Positions 21,424 to 33,788 of a stretch of 64,000 nucleotides of DNA are shown here, piece by piece. The DNA comes from Synechococcus sp. GTDB taxonomy: Bacteria; Cyanobacteriota; Cyanobacteriia; PCC-6307; Cyanobiaceae. The notes below the pieces were generated by a model that did no database searches, was not told where the DNA came from, and saw only the letters and a program-made list of their open reading frames with translations. The position numbers and the translations under genes were made by a program. How positions within the stretch are numbered: position 1 is the first letter of the stretch; each line of letters opens with the position of its first letter. Location: contig JBJBDL010000003.1 in the NCBI GenBank assembly GCA_047285305.1, positions 1,184,001 through 1,248,000 on the forward strand. Direction: 5' to 3'.

Positions 21424-21738
21424 TTCCCCGAGCGGGAGCCGGCCCACCACCTCACCAATCAACAGGTTGGCTGGCACCGCTCCGAGTTGGCGGCTGTCGG
21501 TGCTTTCAGCGGGGTTGTCTCCCAGTAACCAAAGTCCTGTGCTGTCCACTCGGCTGAGGCGCTTGATCAGGCGCAGCTCGCTTCGCTGGGGATGCCAGGT
21601 CACGACCACGGATCCCAGGCTGGGTGCGGCCTTCTGTCCCAGCCGTCTGACCAGAACCCGGTCTCCCGGTTCAAGGGTGGGTTGCATCGATCGTCCTTCG
21701 ATGCGCAGCAGCAGACGTCGCCAACAAAAAAGCAGCAA
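21406..21738 (-). CDS. sodX: Nickel-SOD maturation protease
   Basis: S26-like GRSMQPTL, IKRL, GDNP..STDSR; directly downstream of sodN. Confidence 0.92.
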   Translation of the reverse strand: MLLFCWRRLLLRIEGRSMQPTLEPGDRVLVRRLGQKAAPSLGSVVVTWHPQRSELRLIKRLSRVDSTGLWLLGDNPAESTDSRQLGAVPANLLIGEVVGRLPLGESEQSR

Positions 21739-21788
21739 CAGGTCGCGAAGACCTGCTGCTGCGATGGGGGGATTGGTTCTGTTTGAAC

Positions 21789-22262
21789 TCAGGATGCCGT
21801 GACCCAGGCGTCGGAACGGCCCTTGGACTGCCAGAACATGCCGTGGATTTTTTCAACGGCGGCCATCAGTTCCTCAGCCTTGGCCTGATCGATGTTCACC
21901 TTGCAGGAGCTGCAGAGCTTGGCTGCTTTCCAGAAGGTGTCGTGCAGGTCGGGGAAGGTGGCCAGGTGATCGGGCTTGAAGTAGTCAGTCCAGAGGATCA
22001 ACAGCTCTTTCTTGGTCTTCTGTGCTTCCTCTTCCTTGATGGCCACGTAGCGGCCGAAGGTGTTGTTGTAAGCAGCCAGGGCAGCGGCGTCACCAGCTGC
22101 GGGAGCTTCCATCGCCTTCAGCTTTTTGGTCATCGAAAGCACGGCTTCGGCTGCCACGCGAGCGGAAGCCGGGTCGTACACGCCACAAGGACCGTCGCAG
22201 TGGGCTTCTGCCACGGGGGCAGGGAGGGCACATGCAAGGGCGGAAAGGGCCGAGCGCAGCAT
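21789..22262 (-). CDS. sodN: Nickel superoxide dismutase precursor
   Basis: Leader peptide followed by the Ni-hook HCDGPCGVYDP; LWTDYFK. Confidence 0.97.
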   Translation of the reverse strand: MLRSALSALACALPAPVAEAHCDGPCGVYDPASARVAAEAVLSMTKKLKAMEAPAAGDAAALAAYNNTFGRYVAIKEEEAQKTKKELLILWTDYFKPDHLATFPDLHDTFWKAAKLCSSCKVNIDQAKAEELMAAVEKIHGMFWQSKGRSDAWVTAS

Positions 22263-22304
22263 CGGTTCAGAGCGGAATTGGCTTGAGATGAGCCTAGCTT
22301 CTGC

Positions 22305-22904
22305 TTACTTCTTCACGTCGAGCAGTTCCACCTCGAAGATCAAGGTTGCGTTGGGGGGAATCACACCACCGGCGCCACGGCTTCCGTAGGCGAGGTCGGA
22401 AGGGATCACCAGCTTGCGCTTGCCGCCCACTTTCATCCCGGCGACGCCTTCATCCCAACCCTTGATCACCCGGCCAGCCCCGAGGGGGAAGCTGAAGGGG
22501 GTTCCCCGGTCGTAGCTGGCATCGAACTGCTGCCCATCTTCCAGGGTGCCGCGGTAGTGCACCACCACCGTTTGGCCGGGGTTGGCCTCGTCGCCGCTGC
22601 CCACCTCCAGCTCGATGATTTTCAGACCACTGGCGGTGATGGTGGTGTCTGGTGCATCGAGGGGGCCGCCGAGGGCTGAGGCGTCGGCAGGAGCGGAATC
22701 ATTGGCCATGGCGAAAAGAGTCGGGTTGGGGTCGTCAGGGTCGAGTTCGAAGCTCAACGCCTTCTGGGGTTTCGAAGCCTCGCTGCGAACGGCAGCAGGC
22801 TGCGCCGGTGCTGCGGAAACGGTGGAGGGGGCCACGATCTGGCTGACCAAGGCCAGGAGCAGGCAGGCCACACAGACCGTTGTGCTGATGATGATGTCGC
22901 GCAC
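22305..22904 (-). CDS. FKBP-type peptidyl-prolyl isomerase
   Basis: [37 protein letters not shown]. Confidence 0.95.
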   Translation of the reverse strand: MRDIIISTTVCVACLLLALVSQIVAPSTVSAAPAQPAAVRSEASKPQKALSFELDPDDPNPTLFAMANDSAPADASALGGPLDAPDTTITASGLKIIELEVGSGDEANPGQTVVVHYRGTLEDGQQFDASYDRGTPFSFPLGAGRVIKGWDEGVAGMKVGGKRKLVIPSDLAYGSRGAGGVIPPNATLIFEVELLDVKK

Positions 22905-22955
22905 GGAAAGGCTTCTGTTGCGCTGATTCTGACCCCCGGTCCGCGGCGTCGGCGT

Positions 22956-23285
22956 TCATTCAGGCCGGTTCATCTGCCGCAGCTGTTGCTCGAGGCGATC
23001 AATGCGGCCGCGCAGCTCATCCACTTCCTTCTGGCTTGGAACGCCGAAGTCCTGAAGAAGGTTGTCGCGGTTGCGTTCCAGGTTGCGCCCCATCTGCTGT
23101 TCCAGTTCGGGGGTTTCCCCGCGCAGGGCCTTGAGCACGTCGTCCACCAATGCGGACGCTTCGTTCGGATCCAGCCGGCCACTGCTCACCCAGTTCTGGG
23201 TGACGCCGCGCAGACGCTCAGCAACGAGGGTGGTGGTGCCCAGGCCGCGGAGCAGCAGTTGCTGAAGAGGATTCGCGGCATCCAT
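22956..23285 (-). CDS. Phasin-like conserved hypothetical protein
   Basis: LLRGLG, WVSSGRL, EVDELRGRIDRLE coiled coil; start at MDAANP. Confidence 0.7.
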   Translation of the reverse strand: MDAANPLQQLLLRGLGTTTLVAERLRGVTQNWVSSGRLDPNEASALVDDVLKALRGETPELEQQMGRNLERNRDNLLQDFGVPSQKEVDELRGRIDRLEQQLRQMNRPE

Positions 23286-23338
23286 GGCGACAGGTGGGCG
23301 GGTCCGATCCAGGATGCCTTTGGCCGGGACTGCTGACC

Positions 23339-24754
23339 ATGGGCAATCAACAACTGCAGGCCGGATCGCGGGCCCTGTTGGGCGGCGTCCTGGCTGGCAT
23401 GGCTCCATCCCTCGGCGGCCCCCTGCTGATGGTCCCCGCCCTGGCGCTGCTCTGGTCCGTGGTTGAGCGTCCCCGCTGGTCAGCGGTCTGGGGACTGCTG
23501 GCCGTTTTGATCAGCCACCGTTGGTTGCTGGCCCTGCATCCACTCACCTGGATGGGCGTTCCCGCCTGGCTCAGCCTGCCTGTGGCAGTGGCCCTCTGGT
23601 TGGCCTGCGGGAGCCTTGCTGCTCTGCTCCTGGTCGGATGGTCTTTGCTGGCGCGGCGGCTGCCTCGCCGTTGGCCGCGTCCAGTGCGGCTGATGCTGTT
23701 GGCCGGGCTCTGGGCCCTGGCTGAACTGGTGCTGTCGGGGTCGCCGTTGTTCTGGATCGGCGTTGGCGGTACAACCCTTCCCTGGGACCGCCCCCTGGCG
23801 GGATTGGCCCGCTGGTTCGGTTCCGGAGGGCTGACGTGGCTGCAGTTGTGTTGGGGCTGCTGCCTGCTGGTGTTGTTCGAGCAACCCTCAGCCTGGCATC
23901 GCTGGGGTCTGCTCGGATTGGCCAGTGTGCTGCTGGCCCATGGTTTGGGCAGCTGGTTGTTGTTGGCGCCGCCGCCGCCGGTCGGCTCCGTTGCTCTGGG
24001 GGTCTGGCAACCCGCCGTTCCCACCCGAGAAAAGTTCGATCTGGAGCGTCAACGGGCGCTTCCACAAGCTCTGGTGGAAGCGATGCGTCAGCTGGAGCCC
24101 AACAATCCGGCTGCTGTGGTGGCTCCGGAAGGAGCGCTGCCGGCGCGTTTTCAGCTGCCAGTCGAGGCTCCAGCCATTCCTCTGATCAGTGGCGGATTTC
24201 GTTGGGTTCGGGGTCAGCAACGCAGTTCTCTGTTGCTGTATGAGCCCCCCGACTGGTTTCCCGTTCCTCTGGCTGACAAGCACCGTCTGGTGCCGATCGG
24301 GGAATGGATCCCGCCCCTGCCCGCCGGGCTGACGGCAGGACTGTCTGCAGTGGGTGGATTGACCCCCGGTCCGGCCCCGAGAACGATGGCGGTGGTCGAA
24401 CCCCCTGCGGCCGTTGCGATCTGCTACGAGGTCGCCGATGGTGTGGCTCTGGCGCGCGCCGCTGCCGATGGCGCCACCTGGCTCCTGGCCATTGCCAATC
24501 TCGACCCCTATCCGCTGCAGCTGCAGAAGCAGTTCCTGGCCCTGGCGCAGTTACGGGCGATCGAGACAGGACGGGATCTACTCAGCGTTGGCAACACGGG
24601 CCCCACGGCGCTGATTTCGGCCAACGGGTCGGTGCAGTGGTTGCTTGCGCCTGAGGCTCCAGGCGTCGCTGAGGCTCTCGTTCATGTGCGCCAGCGCGTC
24701 ACGCCCTATTCCCGTTGGATCAGCCCCCCACCCAGAACGGTGTCACCGTCGTAG
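23339..24754 (+). CDS. lnt: Apolipoprotein N-acyltransferase
   Basis: Multi-TM N-terminus; nitrilase triad PEG / KHRLVPIGE / ICYE; RAIETGR, NTGPT. Confidence 0.9.
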   Translation: MGNQQLQAGSRALLGGVLAGMAPSLGGPLLMVPALALLWSVVERPRWSAVWGLLAVLISHRWLLALHPLTWMGVPAWLSLPVAVALWLACGSLAALLLVGWSLLARRLPRRWPRPVRLMLLAGLWALAELVLSGSPLFWIGVGGTTLPWDRPLAGLARWFGSGGLTWLQLCWGCCLLVLFEQPSAWHRWGLLGLASVLLAHGLGSWLLLAPPPPVGSVALGVWQPAVPTREKFDLERQRALPQALVEAMRQLEPNNPAAVVAPEGALPARFQLPVEAPAIPLISGGFRWVRGQQRSSLLLYEPPDWFPVPLADKHRLVPIGEWIPPLPAGLTAGLSAVGGLTPGPAPRTMAVVEPPAAVAICYEVADGVALARAAADGATWLLAIANLDPYPLQLQKQFLALAQLRAIETGRDLLSVGNTGPTALISANGSVQWLLAPEAPGVAEALVHVRQRVTPYSRWISPPPRTVSPS

Positions 24755-25857
24755 AAGACCGCCGCCTGGCCTGGCGTGATCGAGAACTGCTCCTCCTCGA
24801 AGCTGAGGTGGCAGCGGTGGGGCCGCTGCCGCTGCTGATCGGCCTCGGTGGCCTGGAGGGGTGAAAGCTCCGCACGCACGGGTGCACTGCGGTAGCGCAC
24901 TTGCACCTCAACGGTTCGTGGCGCCTCGATCGGGTCAATCGACACCCAGTTCACCGCACCCACCACGCAGCTGTCTCGGCCGGCTTCGGCCCGGGGTGCG
25001 ACGACCACTCGATTCATCGCAGCATCAAGGCGGATGACGTGCAGCGGTTCGCGCCAGGCCACACCGAGCCCTTTGCGTTGGCCGATGGTGAAGTGTTCGA
25101 TGCCGTCGTGCTCGCCCACAACAGTTCCGTCCGAAAGCACGATTTCCCCCTGCCGCGGGGGCAGATAGGCATCCAGGAACGCCCGCATCGATCCGTGGTG
25201 GTCGGCCAGGCAAAGATCCTGGCTTTCCGGTTTTTCTGCGGTGCGCAGACCGTGTCGGGCGGCTTCGATCCTTGTGTCGGGTTTGGTCAGTTCCCCCAAG
25301 GGAAAAACGATGCGCCCCAGAACCTCCTGGGGCAGGTCGTAGAGGAAATAGCTCTGGTCTTTGCGGGTATCGAGGCCCCGCAACAGCTGATGGCGCCCTT
25401 GATCGCCGCCATGGCGGATCCGGGCGTAGTGGCCGGTGGCGATGCGGGGCAGCTTGCGCTCCTGCAGGGCCCAATCAAGCATCGGTCCGAATTTCACCGA
25501 TCGATTGCACTGGGAGCAGGGCAATGGCGTGATCCCATCGCGATAACCATCCACCAGCCGTTGCACGATCTCCTGCTGGAACGTCTCCCGTGTGTCCACC
25601 ACGTGATGGGGAATGCCGAGCTGCTCACAGATGCCGGCTGCATCCACAAGCCCCTCGGCGCAACAGGCCCCTTTCCCGCTCATCAGCCAGAGGGTCAGGC
25701 CTTCCACCTGCCAGCCCGCTTCCACCAGCAGTGCCGCCGTCAGGGAACTGTCGACGCCTCCAGAGAGACCAACGGCCACGCGGTGCTCCCCGGGCCATTG
25801 CCGCAGGCGCTCAAGAGCAGCCTCTCCAGCGCGGGTTGTGGTGGATCCAACGGCCAT
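24706..25857 (-). CDS. mnmA: tRNA-specific 2-thiouridylase
   Basis: [40 protein letters not shown]. Confidence 0.97.
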   Translation of the reverse strand: MAVGSTTTRAGEAALERLRQWPGEHRVAVGLSGGVDSSLTAALLVEAGWQVEGLTLWLMSGKGACCAEGLVDAAGICEQLGIPHHVVDTRETFQQEIVQRLVDGYRDGITPLPCSQCNRSVKFGPMLDWALQERKLPRIATGHYARIRHGGDQGRHQLLRGLDTRKDQSYFLYDLPQEVLGRIVFPLGELTKPDTRIEAARHGLRTAEKPESQDLCLADHHGSMRAFLDAYLPPRQGEIVLSDGTVVGEHDGIEHFTIGQRKGLGVAWREPLHVIRLDAAMNRVVVAPRAEAGRDSCVVGAVNWVSIDPIEAPRTVEVQVRYRSAPVRAELSPLQATEADQQRQRPHRCHLSFEEEQFSITPGQAAVFYDGDTVLGGGLIQRE

Positions 25858-25883
25858 GGGCGGCGCAGGGAGTTCTCTCCATA

Positions 25884-27431
25884 GTGAGGTCCCGGCAACC
25901 GCAACTGGTGTGGCCTCCCGCTGATTCTGATCATCTGCTTCTGGATGCCGCGTCCATGGCCGCCTGCGAACAGAGGTTGTTCGACAGTGGCATGCCTGTT
26001 GCGGCCTTGATGGAGAAGGTGGGGCTGGCCATGGCGGCTTGGCTGCTGGCGCGCCGGGATCTGCTGCGCCATGGCGTGGTTGTCCTGGTGGGGCCCGGTC
26101 ACAACGGTGGCGATGGTTTGGTGGTGGCTCGGGAGTTGCACCTTGCTGGCGTTGAGGTGTCGTTGTGGTGTCCCCTGCCGATTCGCAAGCCCCTCACCGC
26201 TGAACATCTGCGCCATGGCGAGTGGCTTGGTCTGCAGCGCCTGGCTGACGAGCCCGAACCCGGCGGAGCCGCACTTTGGCTTGATGCGGTGTTCGGTCTC
26301 GGCCAGAGTCGGCCGCTGCCTGAGTTCTTGGCGGATTTGTTCCGGCGTCGGCAGCAGCTGCAGCCTGGGTCGTTGATCAGCCTGGATTTGCCGTCAGGCC
26401 TTTGTTCCGACCAAGGAACCGTGCTGGGCGAGCAGGCAGCCTGTGCCTCGGTCACCCTCAGCGTTGGCTGGATCAAGCGCGGCTTGTGTCTGGACCCGGC
26501 CCGTCCCTGGGTGGGTGCGCTGGTGCGGATCGATCTGGGCTTGCCGCCTTCGGTGATGAGCAACGCCGCTGCGGTCTTGCCGCGCCGCCTGCCGGTGACA
26601 GAGGCCTGTTCGGCCCCGTTACCGCCGCTGCCGCCCACAGCGATGAAGTACGAACGGGGCCGCTGCCTGGTGGTGGCGGGCAGTGATCGCTACCCCGGCG
26701 CAGCACATCTTGCGCTGCGGGGGGCCATGGCCAGTGGCTGCGGCTGTGTTCAGGCCGTTGTGCCGCACCGTCTGCAATCCAGCTTGTGGCAGGTGTTGCC
26801 GGAGGTGATGCAACTGGAGGACGGGGTGATTCCAGAGCGGCTGGATGCGGTTTTGGTCGGTCCCGGTCTGGGGGAGTCCAGCCATTGGTGGAACCAGTGG
26901 TCGGAGCAGATGCTCAGCGTCGCTGGTTTGCTGGTACTCGATGCTGATGGCATCAACGGTCTGGCGGCCAGTCCGCAGGGGTGGCGTTGGTTGTTGAAGC
27001 GGCGGGGGCCGACCTGGCTCACGCCCCATGCGGCCGAGTTTGCGAGGTTGTTTCCGGACTGTGGAGCGGGTGACGCGCTGGAAAGGGCGATTTCTGCAGC
27101 CCGCTGCAGTGGTTGCTGCATTTTGCTTAAGGGGGCGCATTCGGTGCTGGCGGATCCATCGGGTGCAGCCGTGGTGTTGACCGGCACGACCCCTCGGGTG
27201 GCCCGCACCGGTCTGGGTGACTTACTGGCCGGTTTTGTCACCGGTTGGGGTGCCCAGGCAGTTGCGGCACAGCAGCAGCCTGGGCTGGAAAGCTTCACTG
27301 CCGCTGCGGCTTTGCATGGTTTGGCGGCCGCCCGTGCTCGCTCCAGTGATGCTTCTGCGATTGCAGATTGTTTGAAAATCAATACAGCGCGGTGTCAGAA
27401 AAAGCAAACAACGATGTTCAACGAAGTCTGA
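25884..27431 (+). CDS. nnr: Bifunctional NAD(P)H-hydrate epimerase/dehydratase
   Basis: [44 protein letters not shown]; start estimated (GTG). Confidence 0.9.
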   Translation: MRSRQPQLVWPPADSDHLLLDAASMAACEQRLFDSGMPVAALMEKVGLAMAAWLLARRDLLRHGVVVLVGPGHNGGDGLVVARELHLAGVEVSLWCPLPIRKPLTAEHLRHGEWLGLQRLADEPEPGGAALWLDAVFGLGQSRPLPEFLADLFRRRQQLQPGSLISLDLPSGLCSDQGTVLGEQAACASVTLSVGWIKRGLCLDPARPWVGALVRIDLGLPPSVMSNAAAVLPRRLPVTEACSAPLPPLPPTAMKYERGRCLVVAGSDRYPGAAHLALRGAMASGCGCVQAVVPHRLQSSLWQVLPEVMQLEDGVIPERLDAVLVGPGLGESSHWWNQWSEQMLSVAGLLVLDADGINGLAASPQGWRWLLKRRGPTWLTPHAAEFARLFPDCGAGDALERAISAARCSGCCILLKGAHSVLADPSGAAVVLTGTTPRVARTGLGDLLAGFVTGWGAQAVAAQQQPGLESFTAAAALHGLAAARARSSDASAIADCLKINTARCQKKQTTMFNEV

Positions 27432-27610
27432 ATAAATGATTCGTTTTGATTGCCTCGGCTTGCAGTTTCCAAAAGAGCTTTTCTTGCTTTTTAAATCTTT
27501 CGCAAATCTGAAATGTTGCGGTTTCCTGTTCTGAATCTGAAGGGTTGCTGAAAACACTTCGACATTCTTTCCGTTCGTAGGAAAGTCAACTCACTTCCGC
27601 AGCACCCAAG

Positions 27611-28549
27611 GTGTCCACAGCTTCCAAGCCGCTGGAGACGCAACGCCGGCGCAGCAGCGACCCAGTCAGTTGGTATCTCGCCACCATCGGCAGGATTCCA
27701 TTGCTGACCCCAGCTGAAGAAATTGAGCTGGGCAATCAGGTTCAGGCCATGATGGCCCTCACCGAGGACGGTTCACGTGAGTTCGAGAATGGAGAACTCA
27801 CCACGGCACAGCGCCGTCTTCTGAGGATCGGTCGCCGCGCCAAAGAGCGGATGATGAAGGCAAACCTTCGTCTTGTCGTCAGCGTTGCCAAGAAATATCA
27901 AGGCAAAGGTCTGGAATTGCTCGACCTGATCCAGGAGGGCTCCCTCGGGCTGGAGCGTGCTGTCGAGAAGTTCGATCCCACCCGGGGGTACAAGTTCTCC
28001 ACCTATGCCTTTTGGTGGATCCGCCAGAGCATGACCCGCGCCATTGCCTGCCAGTCGCGCACGATCCGGCTTCCCGTTCATCTCAGTGAGCGGCTCACAA
28101 CGATCCGCAAGGTCAGTCTCGATCTGGCCCACAAGCTCGGCGCCATGCCCAGCCGTGTGGAGATTGCTGAAGCCATGGACATCCCTTTGGATGAGTTGGA
28201 TTCGCTGCTGCGCCAAGCGCTCACCACCAGCAGCCTGGATGCTCCCGTCAATGGTGAGGAGGGGCGAAGCTTCCTTGGGGATCTGATCGCTGATTCATCT
28301 CTGGATGAACCACTCGAGATCGTGGAACAGCGGATTCATCATGAGCAGCTGGGCCGCTGGTTGAGTCACCTCAGCGAACAGGAGCAGCACGTGCTGCGCA
28401 TGCGCTTCGGGCTTGAGGGCAACGAGCGCCACACGCTGGCTGAAATCGGACGCCTAATGGAGGTGTCCCGCGAGCGGGTGCGTCAGGTTGAACTCAAGGC
28501 GCTGCGCAAGCTGCGCAACCTCACCCGCCGTCTTCCGAGTGGAATCTGA
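27611..28549 (+). CDS. Group 2 RpoD-like sigma-70 factor
   Basis: NLRLVVSVAKKY, DLIQEG, FDPTRGYKFSTYAFWWIRQ, SRERVRQ; no region 1.1. Confidence 0.95.
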   Translation: MSTASKPLETQRRRSSDPVSWYLATIGRIPLLTPAEEIELGNQVQAMMALTEDGSREFENGELTTAQRRLLRIGRRAKERMMKANLRLVVSVAKKYQGKGLELLDLIQEGSLGLERAVEKFDPTRGYKFSTYAFWWIRQSMTRAIACQSRTIRLPVHLSERLTTIRKVSLDLAHKLGAMPSRVEIAEAMDIPLDELDSLLRQALTTSSLDAPVNGEEGRSFLGDLIADSSLDEPLEIVEQRIHHEQLGRWLSHLSEQEQHVLRMRFGLEGNERHTLAEIGRLMEVSRERVRQVELKALRKLRNLTRRLPSGI

Positions 28550-28594
28550 GCCGCCTCGGGAGACATTGGTTTCAATGGATCCCGTTCGGTTGAA

Positions 28595-29704
28595 TCAGTC
28601 TTCTGCCCAGATGTAGCGCGTGAGTTCTGCGGGGTCTGGCTCGGGTGCAGAGAGGGCGAAGTCAACGCAGTCCTGAACAATGCCGTCGATGTCCTTTTCG
28701 ATGGCGCGCAGCTCTTCGCTGTTCACCAGACCCGCTTCGGTCAGGTCCCGCTCGAGGGCTTTGAGGGGATCACGTTTGGCCCAGAACTGCTTCTCTTCCT
28801 CCGCCCGGAGTTCGTCTGGGTCAGCCAGGGAATGCCCCCGGAAGCGATAGGTGAGGCACTCCAGCAAGGTCGGACCTTCACCCGCCCTGGCTCGTTCCAC
28901 TGCGCGTTGGGCCGCTGCCCGAACCGCCAGAACGTCCATGCCGTCAACTTCTTCTCCGGCCATGCCGAAGGAACTGGCCTTGCGCCAGATCTCCGGGTCA
29001 CTTGTGGCCCGGTCGTGGGCCATGCCAATGGCCCACTTGTTGTTCTCGACCACGAAAATGATCGGCAGCTTCCACAGCTGCGCCATATTCATGCACTCGA
29101 AGAACTGACCGTTGTTGCAGGTTCCATCGCCAAAGAACGCTGCTGTTACGGAGTTGCTGGAGGCATCACCGAGGGCGTCGCGCTTGTAGCGGCTGGTGAA
29201 GGCAGATCCGAGTGCCACGGGAATGCCCTCTGCGATGAAGGCAAAGCCGCCAAGAAGGTGATGCTCCTTGGAGAACAGGTGCATTGATCCGCCACGACCC
29301 TTGCTGCAACCGGTCTCCTTGCCGAAGAGTTCGCTCATCACTTCGCGAGCCGGCACGCCGGCACTCAAGGCATGCACGTGGTCGCGGTAGGTGCTGCAGA
29401 ACCAGTCGTGCTGCCGCTTCATCGCACCGATCACACCGGTGCTCACCGCTTCCTGACCGTTGTAGAGGTGCACGAAGCCAAACATCTTGCCCCGGTAGTA
29501 CATCTCGGCGCATTTGTCCTCGAAGCGCCGGCCCAGGGTCATGTCCCGGTACAGCTCCAGGCCGGTCTCCCGGTCCACGGTGGCCCGTTGTGCCGTCACC
29601 AATTTGGAGAGCCGTTCGGCATGGGGACCAGCAGTCGCAGTGCCAATCGGAGCGGAATCGACAGCGAGGTCCTGACCCATGTCCACCTGAAGGATTGCGT
29701 CCAA
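28595..29704 (-). CDS. pdhA: Pyruvate dehydrogenase E1 alpha subunit
   Basis: [21 protein letters not shown]...N, YRFRGHS; start probably at MGQDL. Confidence 0.97.
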   Translation of the reverse strand: MDAILQVDMGQDLAVDSAPIGTATAGPHAERLSKLVTAQRATVDRETGLELYRDMTLGRRFEDKCAEMYYRGKMFGFVHLYNGQEAVSTGVIGAMKRQHDWFCSTYRDHVHALSAGVPAREVMSELFGKETGCSKGRGGSMHLFSKEHHLLGGFAFIAEGIPVALGSAFTSRYKRDALGDASSNSVTAAFFGDGTCNNGQFFECMNMAQLWKLPIIFVVENNKWAIGMAHDRATSDPEIWRKASSFGMAGEEVDGMDVLAVRAAAQRAVERARAGEGPTLLECLTYRFRGHSLADPDELRAEEEKQFWAKRDPLKALERDLTEAGLVNSEELRAIEKDIDGIVQDCVDFALSAPEPDPAELTRYIWAED

Positions 29705-29781
29705 CTTTAAGGGCCTACCAATGAGCGATGGGCAAAACCCCTTACACTGACTAAGATCCGCGTCTCCTCGCAGCGGCGCTG

Positions 29782-31767
29782 TTGGATCTGCCCATTGATC
29801 ATTTCCGACTCCTGGGCGTCAGTCCATCGGCAGAGCCAGAGGCGATTCTGCGCCGCTTGGAAACCCGCTGTGACAGTCCTCCGGATCAGGGCTTCACCCA
29901 CGAGGTTCTGCTCCAACGGGCCGATCTGCTGCGCCGCTCCGCCGATCTGCTGAGCGATCCCGCCGACAGGGCCAAGTACGAAGCAGCGCTGTTGCGCCTC
30001 AGTGAATCCCATCCCAACGGCACGGTGGGCTTGGACCTTCCCACTAGCAGTGAGGTGGCGGGCCTGATCCTGCTTTGGGAGGCCAATGGCGCTCTCGAGG
30101 CCTTTCAGTTGGCACGGCAGGGTCTCCAACCCCCTCAGGCCCCGGCCCTCGGCAGTGGCCGTGAAGCGGACCTGACGCTTTTGGCTGCCCTGGCCTGCCG
30201 CGATGCTGCCGTGGAGGAACAAGACCAACGGCGCTATGAGTCGGCGGCCAAACTGTTGATCGATGGCCTTGAGCTGCAACAGCGGATGGGCAAGCTGCCT
30301 GACCAGCAGCGCCAGTTAGAAGACGCCTTGCAAGGGCTGACTCCCTTCAGAATTCTGGATTTGCTCAGCCGTGATCTCGGCGATCAGGACTCCCATCAAA
30401 GGGGGTTGAAGCTCTTGGATGAGCTGGTCGTTGCACGAGGTGGTCTGGAGGCCGCAGATGCTGATGGTGATCAGCCCGGCAGCCTCAGCCAGGAGGATTT
30501 CGAATCGTTCTTCCATCAGATCCGCCGCTTCCTGACCGTTCAGGAGCAGATCGATCTGTTCAGCCGCTGGTTTGAGGGGGGCGAAGCGGATGCCGGTTTC
30601 CTCACGGTTCTGGCGCTCACCGCAGCGGGATTCTCGCGGCGCAAGCCTGAGTTCCTCGAGCAAGCCCGCTACCGGCTGCAGACGGTTGCTAACGCCGACC
30701 TCGATCCCATGCCGCTGCTTGGCTGCCTGGATCTGCTGTTGGGCAACGTCAAGGATGCGGATCGGCATTTCGCCGTCCTGAGAGATCCGGATCTTCAGGC
30801 CTGGTTTTTGAACCACCCTGGTGATCAGTTGGCCGCGCAATGCGAATACTGCCGGGCCTGGCTTGAACGCGATGTCTTGCCGGGATATCGCGACGTCGAT
30901 GCCTCCGGTGCTGATTTGGATGCCTGGTTTGCTGATCGTGACGTGCAGGGTTTTGTCGATCGTCTCGATCGCAAGGCGTTGCGCCAGATCGGTGCCGAAG
31001 AGATCAGCCTGACCTGGGCAACGGCAGGCGATGCATCCCTTGCTGCCTCGAGCGAAGCGGCCGAAACAGACCAGGACTTTGACTCCGAAGACGCTGATGC
31101 CACGCCGCTCTGGCAGCAACTTTTTTGGCAGCAAAGTTGGTTTCGCCCCGCTGCTGCCGCTGTTGCACTGGTCGGGATCACCGTTGCGGGTGTTGGCCTA
31201 GTTCGACGCAACTGGGATCCCGCGCCGCTGTTGCCGGAAACCGCTTCATTCTCCGCTGAGGATCAGGACGACGATGAGGTTGACGAGAAGCAGGAGCTCG
31301 ATGCTGCTTCGTCTCCTGTGGATGACGAGCCCATCGCGAGCCTGAAGCCCGACCTTGATCCTTCATCGCCCACAGAACCACTGCTCAGTGATGCCCCCAC
31401 GGAAGCCGAGCTTCAGACCTTGCTCCAGGGATGGCTTGATGCCAAGGCTTTGATGCTCTCCGGTGAGCCGGCTGATCTTTCCGTCGTGGCGAGGGATCCC
31501 CTGGTGAGGCGCGTGGAGCTGGAGCGGGAAGCTGATCAGGCTGCAGGGCGATCCAAGACGATTGATGCCTCCATCACCACCATCGAGGTGGTCGACCGCA
31601 AGCCTCAGAGGATTGAACTGCTGGCTCAGGTGGCCTACAGCGATCGCCTTCAGGCTGCTGACGGAACCGTCATTGATGAGACGGCACCGACTGATTTCAG
31701 CGTGACCTATGTGCTCGGCAGAGATGGAACCCAATGGCGTTTGCACGACTACATCCCGGGCTCCTGA
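29782..31767 (+). CDS. ftn2: Cell division protein Ftn2/ZipN (ARC6 homologue)
   Basis: [12 protein letters not shown]-like domain, central TM helix, C-terminal IMS/DUF4101 domain (WLDAKA, V.Y.L.R...W). Confidence 0.9.
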   Translation: MDLPIDHFRLLGVSPSAEPEAILRRLETRCDSPPDQGFTHEVLLQRADLLRRSADLLSDPADRAKYEAALLRLSESHPNGTVGLDLPTSSEVAGLILLWEANGALEAFQLARQGLQPPQAPALGSGREADLTLLAALACRDAAVEEQDQRRYESAAKLLIDGLELQQRMGKLPDQQRQLEDALQGLTPFRILDLLSRDLGDQDSHQRGLKLLDELVVARGGLEAADADGDQPGSLSQEDFESFFHQIRRFLTVQEQIDLFSRWFEGGEADAGFLTVLALTAAGFSRRKPEFLEQARYRLQTVANADLDPMPLLGCLDLLLGNVKDADRHFAVLRDPDLQAWFLNHPGDQLAAQCEYCRAWLERDVLPGYRDVDASGADLDAWFADRDVQGFVDRLDRKALRQIGAEEISLTWATAGDASLAASSEAAETDQDFDSEDADATPLWQQLFWQQSWFRPAAAAVALVGITVAGVGLVRRNWDPAPLLPETASFSAEDQDDDEVDEKQELDAASSPVDDEPIASLKPDLDPSSPTEPLLSDAPTEAELQTLLQGWLDAKALMLSGEPADLSVVARDPLVRRVELEREADQAAGRSKTIDASITTIEVVDRKPQRIELLAQVAYSDRLQAADGTVIDETAPTDFSVTYVLGRDGTQWRLHDYIPGS

Positions 31768-31835
31768 GTTGTTTGCCCGGGTTGCTTGACCGTCGCTTTT
31801 TACGATCACCACATTGATCAAGGGGCGTAACGCCG

Positions 31836-33305
31836 ATGTTCGACGAGCTTTCAGCCCGTTTTGAGGATGCGGTCAAGGGGCTGCGTGGCCAAGACAGCAT
31901 CAGCGAAACCAACGTCGATGGAGCCCTGAAGGACGTCCGTCGAGCTTTGCTGGAAGCCGACGTCAGCCTGCCGGTGGTGAAGGAGTTCGTGGCTGAGGTC
32001 CGCGATAAAGCCGTTGGTGCCGAGGTGGTGCGCGGGGTCAGCCCGGATCAGAAGTTCATCCAGGTAGTCCACGAACAGCTCGTGGAGGTCATGGGGGGCG
32101 ATAACTCTCCTCTGGCCAAGGCGGCTGAAGCTCCCACCGTCGTGTTGATGGCCGGCCTTCAGGGTGCCGGTAAAACCACCGCGACGGCCAAGCTTGGCCT
32201 CCACCTCAAGGATCAGGGTCGACGAGCCCTGATGGTGGGCGCCGACGTTTACAGACCAGCCGCCATCGAGCAGTTGAAAACGCTCGGTGCTCAGATCGAT
32301 GTGGAGGTGTTCAGCCTCGGTGCTGAAGCCAAACCGGAAGACATTGCAGCCGCTGGTCTGGCCAAGGCGAAAAGGGAAGGCTTCGACACGCTCTTGGTCG
32401 ACACCGCCGGTCGCCTTCAGATCGACACCGAGATGATGGAGGAGATGGTGCGGATCCGCACCGCTGTGCAGCCCGATGAGGTGCTGCTGGTGGTGGATTC
32501 GATGATCGGCCAGGAAGCGGCCGAACTTACCCGCGCCTTCCACGACCAGGTGGGCATCACTGGAGCGGTGCTCACCAAGCTTGATGGCGATTCCCGAGGT
32601 GGTGCCGCCCTTTCGATCCGCAAGGTGAGCGGTCAGCCGATCAAGTTCATCGGCACCGGAGAGAAGGTGGAGGCCCTGCAGCCGTTCCATCCCGAACGGA
32701 TGGCCAGCCGAATCCTCGGCATGGGTGATGTGCTGACGCTGGTGGAGAAGGCCCAGAAGGAGGTCGAACTCGCCGACGTCGAAAAGATGCAGAAGAAGCT
32801 GCAGGAGGCGACGTTTGATTTCTCGGACTTCGTGAAGCAGATGCGCTTGATCAAGCGCATGGGCTCGCTGGGGGGTCTGATGAAAATGATCCCGGGCATG
32901 AACAAGATCGATGACGGCATGCTCAAGCAGGGGGAGCAACAGCTCAAGCGCATCGAGGCCATGATCGGCTCGATGACTCAGCAGGAGCGGGAAAATCCCG
33001 ACCTCCTGGCCAGTCAACCCTCAAGGCGTCGCCGGATTGCCAGCGGCAGCGGCCATCAGGCCGCAGACGTGGATAAGGTGCTGGCCGACTTCCAGAAAAT
33101 GCGCGGCTTCATGCAGCAGATGAGCCAGGGCAACATGCCCGGCATGGGAGGTATGCCCGGGATGGGAGGCATGCCAGGCATGGGCGGAATGCCAGGAATG
33201 CCTGGAATGGGAGGCATGCCTGGAGGTGGAGGTCGTCCCGGTCGCGGTGGACCACCGAAGCGGCAGCGACCCGCCAAGAAGAAGAAGGGCTTCGGGGATC
33301 TGTGA
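31836..33305 (+). CDS. ffh: Signal recognition particle protein
   Basis: [24 protein letters not shown] domain. Confidence 0.98.
   Translation: MFDELSARFEDAVKGLRGQDSISETNVDGALKDVRRALLEADVSLPVVKEFVAEVRDKAVGAEVVRGVSPDQKFIQVVHEQLVEVMGGDNSPLAKAAEAPTVVLMAGLQGAGKTTATAKLGLHLKDQGRRALMVGADVYRPAAIEQLKTLGAQIDVEVFSLGAEAKPEDIAAAGLAKAKREGFDTLLVDTAGRLQIDTEMMEEMVRIRTAVQPDEVLLVVDSMIGQEAAELTRAFHDQVGITGAVLTKLDGDSRGGAALSIRKVSGQPIKFIGTGEKVEALQPFHPERMASRILGMGDVLTLVEKAQKEVELADVEKMQKKLQEATFDFSDFVKQMRLIKRMGSLGGLMKMIPGMNKIDDGMLKQGEQQLKRIEAMIGSMTQQERENPDLLASQPSRRRRIASGSGHQAADVDKVLADFQKMRGFMQQMSQGNMPGMGGMPGMGGMPGMGGMPGMPGMGGMPGGGGRPGRGGPPKRQRPAKKKKGFGDL
33135..33233 (+). repeat. MPGMGG low-complexity coding repeat in the Ffh tail
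   Basis: About 5 imperfect 18-nt units with synonymous variation. Confidence 0.85.
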
Positions 33306-33384
33306 GGGCGGAACGGTATGGTGGTTGTTTGGCGGGCCTTTGGGCGTCGCCGGACCACCTCTTTTCCTTCATTCCAGGGCCACG

Positions 33385-33780
33385 ATGATCAAGCTCCGCC
33401 TGAAGCGGTTTGGCAAGAAGCGGGAAGCGAGCTTCCGCCTCGTGGCCTGCAACAGCACCTCACGTCGGGACGGTCGTCCCCTGCAGGAGCTGGGCTTCTA
33501 CAACCCGCGGACGAAGGAAACACGCCTCGACACCGAGGCCATCCGTGAGCGTTTGGGTCAGGGTGCCCAACCCACCGATGTGGTTCGTACGCTGCTCGAG
33601 CGCGGCGGTCTTCTGGAAAAGACCGTGCGTCCTGCAGAGACCGTGGGCAAGGCCAAGCAAGCGGCCAAGCGTGAAGCTGATGCCAAGCAAGCTGCCGAGG
33701 CCAAGGCTGCTGCAGCTGAAGAGAAGGCTGCAAAAGCTGAAGCTTCTGATTCCGCAGAATCCGAATCCACCGAGGGCTGA
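33385..33780 (+). CDS. rpsP: 30S ribosomal protein S16 with Ala/Lys/Glu-rich tail
   Basis: [28 protein letters not shown]. Confidence 0.97.
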   Translation: MIKLRLKRFGKKREASFRLVACNSTSRRDGRPLQELGFYNPRTKETRLDTEAIRERLGQGAQPTDVVRTLLERGGLLEKTVRPAETVGKAKQAAKREADAKQAAEAKAAAAEEKAAKAEASDSAESESTEG

Positions 33781-33788
33781 TCATTCCG

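Noticed and set aside
25590..25883. N-terminal extension of the nnr ORF (similar extensions on trpC, rpsP, thiE and ribF)
   Set aside because: These overlap neighbouring genes or lack family similarity; downstream starts fit better.
27432..27610. AT-rich stretch upstream of the sigma factor, considered as an sRNA or insertion
   Set aside because: I saw no convincing hairpin, terminator or repeat; it is best explained as a promoter region.
33135..33233. Tandem repeat considered as a CRISPR array or VNTR
   Set aside because: It has no spacers, and the synonymous variation shows a protein-level MPGMGG tail. No CRISPR array or cas gene was seen in the window.
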